From positions 1 through 25,012 of the IMG/VR virus record IMGVR_UViG_3300037631_002099: a stretch of DNA of 25,012 nt; one strand, 5' to 3'. Shown one piece after another: positions 24,994 through 25,012 of this stretch; the stretch's first letter is position 1; every line of letters begins with the position of its first letter. A program made the position numbers and the translations under genes. The DNA is from a virus. Its lineage: Duplodnaviria; Caudoviricetes. The notes under the pieces were generated by a model. It searched no databases. It saw nothing but the letters and a program-made list of their open reading frames with translations, and was not told the origin of the DNA.

Positions 24994-25012
24994 ATGTCAA
25001 AAATAAAAGTAA
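24994..25012 (+). CDS. Probable start of a plus-strand gene (MSKIKV...), truncated by the window end
   Basis: ATG exactly 5 nt after GCTAAATA; only 6 codons visible. Confidence 0.4.

Noticed and set aside
1-25012. Stop-codon reassignment
   Set aside because: Recognisable genes are full length in code 11, and TAA, TAG and TGA all end genes at tight junctions.
1-25012. tRNA, rRNA, CRISPR array, IS element or integrase
   Set aside because: Intergenic gaps are all under ~170 nt and are explained by promoters and hairpins; no cloverleaf, repeat-spacer array or transposase was seen.

Overview
AT-rich, very densely coded segment of a large T4-superfamily-related (myovirus-type) phage genome, probably of an aquatic Gram-negative host. 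Almost all genes are on the minus strand. Reading right to left: two probable head-associated proteins, an SGNH-like gene, terminase large subunit, a 'TEK-motif' glycosyltransferase-like gene, a 486-aa protein, the gp32-UvsX-76aa-UvsY recombination block, a stand-alone Smr protein, a second TEK-motif gene, an AAA+ ATPase and a phage-encoded TonB-dependent outer-membrane receptor. A tightly coupled operon follows: UvsW, a Hint-like protein, a very acidic protein, a P-loop kinase/HxGH nucleotidyltransferase fusion, MazG-like, MetK, Apt, gp62-like, Zn-finger protein, 2OG-Fe(II) oxygenase, MazG-like and a 188-aa miniature DnaE-like protein. The window then ends with a structural-type gene, DNA primase and two small genes missed by the ORF track. 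Near-consensus sigma70 promoters and a T4-late-like TAAATA promoter class are visible, many spaced to give leaderless mRNAs. The most striking items are the mini C-family polymerase-like protein, the TonB receptor plus MetK/Apt/kinase-NTase metabolic module, a 3'-UTR hairpin whose loop is complementary to its own gene's Shine-Dalgarno, and accessory genes whose stop codons lie inside the next promoter. All functional calls come from motif recognition by eye; no database search was run.
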